A stretch of DNA of 64,000 bases from a virus. Below the pieces are notes generated by a model that saw nothing but the letters and a program-made list of their open reading frames with translations, made no database searches and was not told the origin of the DNA. Shown in pieces: positions 18,707 through 25,299 of this stretch; the stretch's first letter is position 1; each line of letters opens with the position of its first letter. The translations under genes and the position numbers were made by a program. The stretch is taken from IMG/VR virus record IMGVR_UViG_3300024239_000011, positions 80,303 to 144,302 of that record. The stretch is one strand, 5' to 3'.

Positions 18707-19272
18707 ATGAATTCATTCTGAAGTTTCTGCCATCGCTTACGGACGGCGGCTTCAGAAACACCTAACATATCTCCAATTTGCATAAATGTTTTTGTCTTAC
18801 GCAATTCGATAAGATCAACCGTTTCCCAGCGAACTTTTCCATGCAGCGAACCGGCGCATTTCCACGAACAAGTCAAATTGGTTGTTGGTTTTGATTGCCC
18901 GCAAACAGGGCATTCATCGGTGGGAACACTGGTACGGTGGGTTTTGTACTCTGCAAATTGTTCATTAAATGATGGTGCTGTGCTAGGAACCTCAATCAAC
19001 CCATCGTGTATCTCAGCATGGCAACGATTGCATACCAAAACACACTTCCGTAATTCTTCAACAATAGCCGACCACGATTGCGGGTTCGCACGAATTGCAC
19101 CAAAATGAAATTCTTTTTGTGACGGATCACGGTGGTGGAAATCAAACGCCCGCAACGAGCGACTGTAACCACAAACACAACATTCTCCACCAAAGGCATC
19201 AACCATTCTTTGCTTAGTACGTTCGCGCCAGCGCCGAACTGCTTCACTTCCTCTTGACATCCAACACCTCAT
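18685..19272 (-). CDS. HNH endonuclease with C-terminal sigma-70 region-4-like HTH
   Basis: CxxC pairs, H..H, C-terminal TFMQIGDMLGVSEAAVRKRW. Confidence 0.7.
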   Translation of the reverse strand: MRCWMSRGSEAVRRWRERTKQRMVDAFGGECCVCGYSRSLRAFDFHHRDPSQKEFHFGAIRANPQSWSAIVEELRKCVLVCNRCHAEIHDGLIEVPSTAPSFNEQFAEYKTHRTSVPTDECPVCGQSKPTTNLTCSWKCAGSLHGKVRWETVDLIELRKTKTFMQIGDMLGVSEAAVRKRWQKLQNEFIPTGPAW

Positions 19273-19320
19273 AGTCGAACCGGACTATGAGTATTTAGCA
19301 AACCTTGTTAATTATGGATA

Positions 19321-19410
19321 TGGAGGACACGGTGGGAATTGAACCCACGAGGGGCTTTCGCCCGTGCGATTAAAAGTCGCATGTTCTCAACCAACAAGAA
19401 CGTCGTGTCC
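19321..19410 (-). tRNA. type II tRNA, anticodon TTT (Lys codons), U73
   Basis: acceptor GGACACG/CGTGTCC, D GTTC/GAAC, anticodon arm TGCGA-CTTTTAA-TCGCA, variable arm GGGC-GAAA-GCCC, T arm GTGGG-TTCAATT-CCCAC. Confidence 0.55.
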
Positions 19411-19418
19411 ATAAGAGT

Positions 19419-19504
19419 TGGAGGACCGGTGGGGAATCGAACCCCTTATCGCACGGTTTAAAAGACCGCTGCCCCCACCAGGGTGGCTGTAACGTTCCCG
19501 GTCC
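19419..19504 (-). tRNA. 86-nt tRNA-like with enlarged D region; hairpin loop CTTTTAA
   Basis: acceptor GGACCGG/CCGGTCC+T+CCA, hairpin GCGGT-CTTTTAA-ACCGT, T GGGG-TTCGATT-CCCC; ~28 nt between acceptor and this hairpin. Confidence 0.4.
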
Positions 19505-19569
19505 AATCGTTTTCGATCAAGTTCCGGTTTTCGTTTTCGAAGCATAGCTTCACCTTTCACTTAGGATTT

Positions 19570-19654
19570 TGGAGCGGGTAGGGGGAATCGAACCCCTTTC
19601 CAGTTAAGGGCTTGCTTGGAAGGCAAGTGAGCAATCCATTGCTCGACTACCCGC
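19570..19654 (-). tRNA. type II tRNA, anticodon TCC (Gly codons), U73
   Basis: acceptor GCGGGTA/TACCCGC, D GAGC/GCTC, anticodon arm CTTGC-CTTCCAA-GCAAG, variable hairpin CCCTT/AAGGG, T-loop TTCGATT. Confidence 0.5.
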
Positions 19655-19666
19655 ATATTGTGATGT

Positions 19667-19754
19667 TGGAGACGCGAGTGGGAGTCGAACCCACCTGACC
19701 TTTCGGTACAAACGGTTTTGCAGACCGCCGACTAAACCGCTCATCCATCGCGCC
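19667..19754 (-). tRNA. type II tRNA, anticodon GCA (Cys codons), U73
   Basis: acceptor GGCGCGA/TCGCGTC (G2:U71), anticodon arm GCGGT-CTGCAAA-ACCGT, variable ACC-GAAA-GGT, T arm GTGGG-TTCGACT-CCCAC. Confidence 0.5.
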
Positions 19755-19946
19755 CGTTTAAATTGGTTGCTGGATGCACCCTCTCACATCCCGGTCGAGC
19801 GTCCACGACCTTTCAGATCAAGTAACGACACCGCTTATCGGGGTCCAGCACTCCCGACTCACCGTTGCATGCCGATAACCCCATGTCGTCGGGGTCGTCA
19901 GCAGGGGCTTCGGTGAGGGTAGGCGATAGGTGAACATCGCCTATCT

Positions 19947-20021
19947 TGGTAGTCGGAGAGAATTTCGAAATCTCGCCCTCACGCTTATCAAGCGTGCGCT
20001 CTGCCTCTGAGCTACCCGACT
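19947..20021 (-). tRNA. tRNA-Ile(GAT)
   Basis: acceptor AGTCGGG/TCCGACT, D GCTC/GAGC, anticodon arm CACGC-TTGATAA-GCGTG, T-loop TTCGAAA. Confidence 0.65.
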
Positions 20022-20028
20022 ATAAAAT

Positions 20029-20102
20029 TGGTAGTCCCTGGCGGAATCGAACCACCATCAAACGCTTATCGGGCGCTCGCACTACCGTTGTGCTAAGGGA
20101 CT
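20029..20102 (-). tRNA. tRNA-Ile(GAT)-like with C33
   Basis: acceptor AGTCCCT/AGGGACT, anticodon arm AGCGC-CCGATAA-GCGTT, T arm GGTGG-TTCGATT-CCGCC; paralog of 23869. Confidence 0.45.
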
Positions 20103-20152
20103 AAAAGGATACGGTCGCAACAGGTAGGAATCGAACCTTTCCAGACCAAGGA

Positions 20153-20178
20153 TTATCAACACCGATTTCTGTTGATAA
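20153..20178. repeat. 9-bp perfect inverted repeat between two tRNA-like T-arm fragments
   Basis: TTATCAACA-ccgatttc-TGTTGATAA. Confidence 0.6.
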
Positions 20179-20365
20179 CGAAGGGGATCGAACCCTTCAT
20201 CTACCGGCATGCCTTTACAGGGTGGTACCCGACCAGGGCTGTTACTTACCTTGACACCTCCGACATTGCTCCCTCCCCGACATCCGGAGTAGGAGAGTTC
20301 ACGCCGTTTTCGGTGCTTCGGTCAACGGTTGACCCCGGCATCAATCTCCACTATCCTACTCGCGG

Positions 20366-20484
20366 TCTGCTGTAGGATCAGTTGGTAGAGAGAACCACCC
20401 CTCGTGAGGCGTAAGCCTCCCGGTGAAGGACCGTAATGCCGGGGATAATGGTTGGCCGTGGGTTCGAGTCCCACCAGCAGACCA
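20366..20484 (+). tRNA. plus-strand oversized tRNA-like (~117 nt)
   Basis: perfect acceptor TCTGCTG/CAGCAGA, D-loop-like AGTTGGTAGAG, canonical T arm GTGGG-TTCGAGT-CCCAC then CCA; ~42 extra nt between D region and T arm. Confidence 0.4.
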
Positions 20485-20500
20485 CTTTAGATGTTAACAT

Positions 20501-20575
20501 TGGTGGGTCTGGGTGGGATCGAACCACCTCTCTTCGGCGTGTCATACCGACGCTTTCCCAATAAGCTACAGACCC
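20501..20575 (-). tRNA. tRNA-Val(GAC)
   Basis: acceptor GGGTCTG/CAGACCC, anticodon arm TCGGT-ATGACAC-GCCGA, T arm GGTGG-TTCGATC-CCACC, CCA. Confidence 0.65.
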
Positions 20576-20585
20576 AATGAAGAAA

Positions 20586-20670
20586 TGGAGAACCGTGGAG
20601 GAATCGAACCTCTTAGCCACCGGGTAAGAGCCGGTTGCGGACCCCAGTCATCGTCTTGGCGCACGGTTCA
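20586..20670 (-). tRNA. 85-nt tRNA with possible 8/4 acceptor/T-stem architecture, anticodon CTT (Lys codons)
   Basis: 8-bp acceptor GAACCGTG/CACGGTTC, 4-bp T stem GAGG/CCTC with TTCGATT loop, anticodon arm ACCGG-CTCTTAC-CCGGT, T73+CCA; enlarged D region. Confidence 0.45.
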
Positions 20671-20676
20671 TTGATT

Positions 20677-20751
20677 TGGTGGAGCGTATCGGAATCTCAC
20701 CGATCAGGCTAGAATCTTGCAAGGATTCTCCGGGTACATAGCCCACGCCCC
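20677..20751 (-). tRNA. tRNA-Ala(TGC) with non-canonical T-loop
   Basis: acceptor GGGGCGT/ACGCTCC (G3:U70), anticodon arm GAATC-CTTGCAA-GATTC, T arm ATCGG-TGAGATT-CCGAT. Confidence 0.65.
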
Positions 20752-20757
20752 ATGTGG

Positions 20758-20834
20758 TGGTAGGTCTTCCGCGAATCGAACGCGGTCAATAACACCATGT
20801 CACGGTGTTGCCTTCCCATCTGGCTCAAGACCTA
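20758..20834 (-). tRNA. tRNA-Val(GAC)
   Basis: acceptor AGGTCTT/AAGACCT, anticodon arm ACACC-GTGACAT-GGTGT, T arm CCGCG-TTCGATT-CGCGG; overlaps 3' end of HNH ORF. Confidence 0.65.
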
Positions 20835-21423
20835 TTGAACGTTTGGTAGTTGGTGTCGTGAGCCAATCACCAAAAACACCAGCCACCCTAATTTCACGTA
20901 TCTTATCGACTAACAAAAACCACGCTTCATATGGCATGTCGCGGCGTAATAAATTGCACCTAATACAACAAGCAACCACATTATCCATTGTGTGACCAAT
21001 GCTATTATTCTTTCGGTCAACTGTCATGGTTATTGTCGTCTCACCACAATACGAACAACCATTTGCAATCAATTCATCAACGAACTTAATAGAAAGGTCG
21101 TTTTCCAATCCTCGTTTGCGGTCAGACTTGCGCGAATCTTCAACAATGTATTTTGCACGATTGATACCGTGTTGACGTTCAAATTTTATTTTTGCTTGTT
21201 TCTTCTCTTCACGCCGTTTTCGGGAATCTAAGGTTTCGTATGTTCTGGCACGTGATTGATCACATTTCCGGCAATACACCTTCGGGTATCTTCTTCCTTT
21301 TACGGTTCGCATACCAAATGAAGTGATCGGCAATACTTCTCCGCAACTCGAACATATTTTAGTCTCACACATTTTTAACCTCTTTTGGTACTCGGGGATT
21401 ATGTATTTATCACCGAGTACCAA
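20800..21423 (-). CDS. HNH homing endonuclease
   Basis: CxxC Zn fingers; VDRKNNSIGHTMDNVVACCIRCN HNH core; C-terminus runs into tRNA-Val. Confidence 0.65.
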   Translation of the reverse strand: MVLGDKYIIPEYQKRLKMCETKICSSCGEVLPITSFGMRTVKGRRYPKVYCRKCDQSRARTYETLDSRKRREEKKQAKIKFERQHGINRAKYIVEDSRKSDRKRGLENDLSIKFVDELIANGCSYCGETTITMTVDRKNNSIGHTMDNVVACCIRCNLLRRDMPYEAWFLLVDKIREIRVAGVFGDWLTTPTTKRSIGLEPDGKATP

Positions 21424-21636
21424 AAGATAGTTTGGAGCCGGGTGCGGGGTTCGCGCCCGCCCAGTCTAAGCCCGCTCTCGCGGTCGAACGCAAAGACTGC
21501 CTCTCGGCACCGGCATAAAAAATTGATAAATGATGACTAGCCCCAACTCATCGCCGCCATCAACGAACCACCATAACAGCAGTCCTTGCCTAACTTGGTC
21601 TACCCCAATAAAACCTAGTTTTATAGCATAGATGCT

Positions 21637-22425
21637 ATGCTAAATACTTGCATGGAACCAAACATTATAAATGAAATACGGTCGAAGCGACGTGATGGAT
21701 ATAGTCTTCAGTGGCTATCTCGTGAATATAATGTCGCAGTTGGCACCATACGATACCATACTAAGGGCATCCTTGTTAATAAAACCCCACATACATTGAT
21801 ACAAGAGAAGCCAATCATCGTACCAATACCATCCGAGGATTGGGCATATTTTTGGGGATTTTATACTGGGGATGGTTGTTTAACGCAAATGACAAGAAGT
21901 TATTCAATAAGTATTTCCTGTGACATCAAGTATGAATATTTGATTGCGAATTATAGTGCTATTCTTTCTGATTTATTCAGACGCGAAGCAAAAATTTACA
22001 AAACCAAACGGAATTGTGCAATCGTTCGTATTCACGGGGTTGACCTACCCAACATTCTTCAGCTACCACCGGGGGCGAAAACTGAAGAGTATAAAGTCCC
22101 AGAGTGGATATTTTCAGATAGAAAATACGCAGTTCAATTTCTAAAAGGTCTTATAGAAACTGACGGAAGTTGTTACCGACGAGATATAACACAATATGGT
22201 GTCATGTTCACTCAAAAAAACAAAACGATATTCGACTATTACAGCACCGCAATGTCTCTTTGTGATTACTCATTTACCAAGAGTAAAGGTAATGCTTACC
22301 AAGCACAGACATCAACCAAAAACGGTGCAAAGGAAATGATTGATGAATTAAGGCTTCATCAAAAGATGCGAACATATTCAAGAAAAAATGGCGCGGGTAC
22401 GGAGAATCGAACTCCGACTCCTTGA
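21637..22425 (+). CDS. LAGLIDADG homing endonuclease
   Basis: two LAGLIDADG motifs (FWGFYTGDGCL and FLKGLIETDGS); AT-rich; 3' end overlaps the duplicated tRNA-Gly(GCC) copy. Confidence 0.8.
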   Translation: MLNTCMEPNIINEIRSKRRDGYSLQWLSREYNVAVGTIRYHTKGILVNKTPHTLIQEKPIIVPIPSEDWAYFWGFYTGDGCLTQMTRSYSISISCDIKYEYLIANYSAILSDLFRREAKIYKTKRNCAIVRIHGVDLPNILQLPPGAKTEEYKVPEWIFSDRKYAVQFLKGLIETDGSCYRRDITQYGVMFTQKNKTIFDYYSTAMSLCDYSFTKSKGNAYQAQTSTKNGAKEMIDELRLHQKMRTYSRKNGAGTENRTPTP

Positions 22426-22463
22426 GTGGCGCTCAAGTAGACACCCCAGTATCTTATACCCGC
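22389..22463 (-). tRNA. tRNA-Gly(GCC), copy 2 of perfect duplicate
   Basis: 75/75 identical to 17703..17777. Confidence 0.7.
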
Positions 22464-22481
22464 ATTGTGTTGGTGTAGAAA

Positions 22482-22556
22482 TGGTGGAGCATATCGGAAT
22501 CAAACCGATCAGGCTATCATACTGCCAGCATGATCCGGGTACTCAGCCCATGCCCC
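22482..22556 (-). tRNA. tRNA-Ala(GGC)
   Basis: acceptor GGGGCAT/ATGCTCC (G3:U70), anticodon arm TCATG-CTGGCAG-TATGA, T arm ATCGG-TTTGATT-CCGAT. Confidence 0.6.
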
Positions 22557-22561
22557 ATTAT

Positions 22562-22637
22562 TGGTGCCACCACCCGGATTCGAACCGGGAACCTTCACTT
22601 TACCAAAGTGCTGCTCTACCATTGGAGCTATAGCGGC
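22562..22637 (-). tRNA. tRNA-Thr(GGT)
   Basis: D GCTC/GAGC, anticodon loop TTGGTAA, T arm CCCGG-TTCGAAT-CCGGG, CCA. Confidence 0.7.
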
Positions 22638-22647
22638 TTGAATTTTT

Positions 22648-23232
22648 TTAATGTATACGCAGCCCGCGTGATTTTCTCCCATTCCCCCTGTTTTTTCCTT
22701 TGGACGTGGGCATCAGAGAATGGCAATTCGGGCAAAGTAAGCGAATATTTTCAGGTTTATTATTCGAAGCATCTCCATTGACATGATCTAGTTCAAGGCT
22801 CAATGGTTGACCGTGCCAATCGGAAATGCCGCATTTTTCACAACAATTACCTCGAATTTTTCTAAGGTAATTTTTCAGAGTTTTCCTTTCTGAAACTAAT
22901 CCATTTTCTATTTTTGGTAATGTTTCTTGAGTGAACTGGTAATCTCGCTGGCATTTATGAGAACAATATGTCCTTATTGCACGATTTTCACCCGTAATTT
23001 CATTTCCGCAATTAAGACAAAAGCATTTCTGAAAATTTTCAGCAGCGTAAAATAGACCAGAGCACCGTTGACAGCAGAACCTATTCTTTCGCATATCATA
23101 CGGTAATGGCTGTTTGCAGTATTCACAACACGATGGACTTATCTCATAAGTCCGTATTTTTTCTTGTTTTATGAGTTTAGCTTTCTCTGCCCATGCTTTT
23201 CCGCCGAGTTTCCCTGCTTCTGATTTGTTCAT
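22648..23232 (-). CDS. HNH homing endonuclease (tRNA-adjacent family)
   Basis: multiple CxxC; ELDHVNGDASNNKPENIRLLCPNCHS; AT-rich. Confidence 0.8.
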   Translation of the reverse strand: MNKSEAGKLGGKAWAEKAKLIKQEKIRTYEISPSCCEYCKQPLPYDMRKNRFCCQRCSGLFYAAENFQKCFCLNCGNEITGENRAIRTYCSHKCQRDYQFTQETLPKIENGLVSERKTLKNYLRKIRGNCCEKCGISDWHGQPLSLELDHVNGDASNNKPENIRLLCPNCHSLMPTSKGKNRGNGRKSRGLRIH

Positions 23233-23320
23233 TATGTCCTCTACGTATAGTATCCTACGACACTATTTATTTCGGAGAATATAGTGGATATAAACCAGTC
23301 AAGGGCTGGGAGAATATATT

Positions 23321-23409
23321 TGGAGAACCGGGTGGGAATCGAACCCACGACGGGCTTTCGCCAGCAGTTTAAGAGACTGTTCCTACCAACCAACAGTAGG
23401 CTCCGGTTC
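23321..23409 (-). tRNA. type II tRNA, anticodon CTT (Lys codons), U73
   Basis: acceptor GAACCGG/CCGGTTC, D CCTA/TAGG, anticodon loop CTCTTAA, variable GGC-GAAA-GCC, T arm GTGGG-TTCGATT-CCCAC; paralog of 19321. Confidence 0.55.
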
Positions 23410-23420
23410 ATTAAGAGAAT

Positions 23421-23490
23421 TGGTGGCGAAGGTTGGTAACGCTCCAACCTGACCGGCTTATGAGACCAGTGTCCTCCTTGAGGCATCGCC
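23421..23490 (-). tRNA. short (70 nt) tRNA-Met/Ile2(CAT)-like
   Basis: anticodon loop CTCATAA, T arm GTTGG-AGCGTTA-CCAAC, short D arm, acceptor with one mismatch. Confidence 0.45.
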
Positions 23491-23597
23491 ATGGTATTCA
23501 ATGCGCGTTGGATGATCTGTCAGTCCGTTCGAGCGAACATCTGTATGATAGGCACCTTGCCCGAAGATCATCACGTCATACCTACAACATCGCAATT

Positions 23598-23673
23598 TGG
23601 TTGCGGGGGTGGGATTTGCACACCACGACCTCTTGGGTATGAACCAAGTAAGCTACTGCTGCTCTACCCCGCA
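23598..23673 (-). tRNA. tRNA-Met(CAT), copy 1 of 80-nt near-perfect duplicate
   Basis: acceptor TGCGGGG/CCCCGCA, anticodon arm CTTGG-TTCATAC-CCAAG, CCA; copy at 23986. Confidence 0.6.
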
Positions 23674-23704
23674 ATATTACATTGGTCAATCCGCCGTCCC
23701 AAAA

Positions 23705-23780
23705 ATGGAACTCCGTAGTGGAATCGAACCACCGCAGTCAGGTTTCGTAGACCCGAAGCCGTAAATACCAACGGACGGAG
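23705..23780 (-). tRNA. tRNA-Arg(ACG)
   Basis: acceptor ACTCCGT/ACGGAGT, anticodon arm CGGGT-CTACGAA-ACCTG, T-loop TTCGATT. Confidence 0.65.
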
Positions 23781-23785
23781 TATGT

Positions 23786-23860
23786 TTGGTGGAGAATATC
23801 GGAATCAAACCGATCAGGCTATCTGCGTGCAAGGCAAATCCGGGTACTCAGCCCATTCCC
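23786..23860 (-). tRNA. tRNA-Ala(TGC)
   Basis: acceptor GGGGAAT/ATTCTCC (G3:U70), anticodon loop CTTGCAC, T arm ATCGG-TTTGATT-CCGAT; paralog of 22482 and 20677. Confidence 0.6.
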
Positions 23861-23868
23861 CGTTGTAT

Positions 23869-23942
23869 TTGGTAGTCCCTGATGGAATCGAACCATCGTC
23901 TAACGCTCATCAGGCGCTTGCTCTACCATTGAGCTAAGGGAC
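23869..23942 (-). tRNA. tRNA-Ile(GAT)-like (G37)
   Basis: acceptor AGTCCCT/AGGGACT, D GCTC/GAGC, anticodon arm AGCGC-CTGATGA-GCGTT, T arm GATGG-TTCGATT-CCATC. Confidence 0.45.
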
Positions 23943-23985
23943 TAGAAATGGTTGTCGCTACCAGCCGAAGCGAGCGACGGTTAAA

Positions 23986-24061
23986 TGGTTGCGGGGGTGG
24001 GATTTGCACACCACGACCTCTTGGGTATGAACCAAGCAAGCTACTGCTGCTCTACCCCGCA
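23986..24061 (-). tRNA. tRNA-Met(CAT), copy 2 of duplicate
   Basis: one mismatch relative to 23598..23673. Confidence 0.6.
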
Positions 24062-24066
24062 ATAAT

Positions 24067-24142
24067 TGGTGCCAGGGGTCGGGATCGAACCGACATCTGC
24101 GGTTTTTCAAACCGCCGCATGGACCACCACTGCCACCCTGGC
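24067..24142 (-). tRNA. tRNA-Phe(GAA)
   Basis: acceptor GCCAGGG/CCCTGGC, anticodon arm GCGGT-TTGAAAA-ACCGC, T arm GTCGG-TTCGATC-CCGAC, CCA. Confidence 0.7.
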
Positions 24143-24166
24143 ATGGATTACTTGGTGATCTTGTAT

Positions 24167-24242
24167 TGGTGCCGCCCCACGGTTCTGACCCGTGTTCTCC
24201 GGGGTTTCAATCCGGTGCAATGACCACATCTGCTAGAGCGGC
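24167..24242 (-). tRNA. tRNA-Phe(GAA)-like with non-canonical T-loop
   Basis: acceptor GCCGCTC/GGGCGGC, anticodon region CCGGA-TTGAAAC-CCCGG, T arm CACGG-GTCAGAA-CCGTG. Confidence 0.45.
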
Positions 24243-24249
24243 TTGAAGT

Positions 24250-24326
24250 TGGTTGCGGATGTCGGTGCTGCCCCGACTCTTCACAGCTTATGAGGCTGGC
24301 GACTTATCTTCCTTGTCCTATCCGCA
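24250..24326 (-). tRNA. tRNA-Met/Ile2(CAT)
   Basis: acceptor TGCGGAT/ATCCGCA, anticodon loop CTCATAA, T arm GTCGG-GGCAGCA-CCGAC. Confidence 0.55.
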
Positions 24327-24331
24327 TTAAT

Positions 24332-24407
24332 TGGCACCAAGGGTCGGTATCGAACCGACATGTCTGGTTTTTCAGACCAGTGCATGAACCATCACTGCCA
24401 CCTTGGT
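24332..24407 (-). tRNA. tRNA-Phe(GAA)
   Basis: acceptor ACCAAGG/CCTTGGT, anticodon arm CTGGT-CTGAAAA-ACCAG, T arm GTCGG-TTCGATA-CCGAC. Confidence 0.6.
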
Positions 24408-24446
24408 ATAAATACTACTAACTAAGCTTAATTTCAGGTAATCGTC

Positions 24447-24980
24447 ATGTTCATCCAAAACAAATACACCGCCGCGTATTTTCGCATCATTGAGAAAGCC
24501 AGATCAGAAGCACGAAGCAAATGTGACGGCTATTTTGAACGCCATCACATCACACCGCGATCTTTTGGTGGGACAAACAAGAAAGACAATCTTGTACTTC
24601 TGAAACCACGAGAGCATTTCGTATGCCATCTTCTCTTAACTAAGATGGTTTGTGCCAATTCACCGGAATGGCACAAAATGCTTCATAGCTTTATGCTTAT
24701 GAAAGGTCAAAACAAATTCCAAGACCGTTACATCAATAACCGTCTATACGATAAACTCAAAGAGGCGTATGCCGAATATCGACGCTCCGTTACCATTGGA
24801 GTTCCGCATACCGCAGAACATCGGGCGAAGATCGCACAAGCAATGACGGGACGCACGATGTCAGAAGAAGCCAAGAAAGCGATTTCCGAAAAAGCTGCCA
24901 AGCGCCCACGCAAACCGTTTAGCGACGAATATCGCGCAAAGATGTCTGCGATAATGAAAGAACGTCGGAAAACGGGTTGA
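24447..24980 (+). CDS. HNH homing endonuclease with NUMOD3 repeats
   Basis: ERHHITPRSFGGTNKKDNLVLL...EH HNH core, then repeated G.PHTAEHRAKI / GRTMSEEAKKAIS motifs. Confidence 0.75.
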   Translation: MFIQNKYTAAYFRIIEKARSEARSKCDGYFERHHITPRSFGGTNKKDNLVLLKPREHFVCHLLLTKMVCANSPEWHKMLHSFMLMKGQNKFQDRYINNRLYDKLKEAYAEYRRSVTIGVPHTAEHRAKIAQAMTGRTMSEEAKKAISEKAAKRPRKPFSDEYRAKMSAIMKERRKTG

Positions 24981-24982
24981 AT

Positions 24983-25058
24983 TGGCTGGGGTGGTAGGGA
25001 TCGAACCTACGACATTCGGTTTAACAGACCGACGCTACTACCGCTGAGCTACACCCCA
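24983..25058 (-). tRNA. tRNA-Asn(GTT)
   Basis: acceptor TGGGGTG/CACCCCA, anticodon arm TCGGT-CTGTTAA-ACCGA, T arm GTAGG-TTCGATC-CCTAC, CCA. Confidence 0.75.
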
Positions 25059-25115
25059 ATATTTCGTAAAATGATTAACCCGGTGAAAGTTCAAAACCTC
25101 CCACCGGAATAGATT

Positions 25116-25198
25116 TGGCGCCGGATGAGGGACTCGAACCCCCGGTGTTGGTATGCCGCGTTACAAAGGCGGTGCTGTCGCCACTGAGCCAATCCGGC
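25116..25198 (-). tRNA. tRNA-Thr(TGT) with enlarged variable region
   Basis: acceptor GCCGGAT/ATCCGGC, anticodon loop TTTGTAA, T arm GGGGG-TTCGAGT-CCCTC; paralog of 2936..3017. Confidence 0.6.
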
Positions 25199-25299
25199 TT
25201 GACTTTTAAAAGGAAAAATGCTAAATAAGAAGCTTGAGCCACCAGGGGATCACTCCCTTCCACAGTTATGATCCCCACAGTGGTGTACATAGGCAGGCG

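Noticed and set aside
20172-20620. Track ORFs 20172..20375 (+) and 20378..20620 (-), and similarly 23241..23501, 23433..23642, 23491..23718, 23948..24223, 22388..22633, 22530..22781, 16226..16882, 17667..18206
   Set aside because: They lie entirely across tRNA genes and tRNA-like fragments, have no RBS or motifs and odd compositions; they are read-throughs of structured RNA genes.
10503-23790. Apparent double CCA (ACCACCA) at many tRNA 3' ends, from the recurring tggtgg at gene ends
   Set aside because: On parsing, the second CC belongs to the acceptor 3' strand plus A73 discriminator (...CC-A-CCA). There is no tandem CCA.
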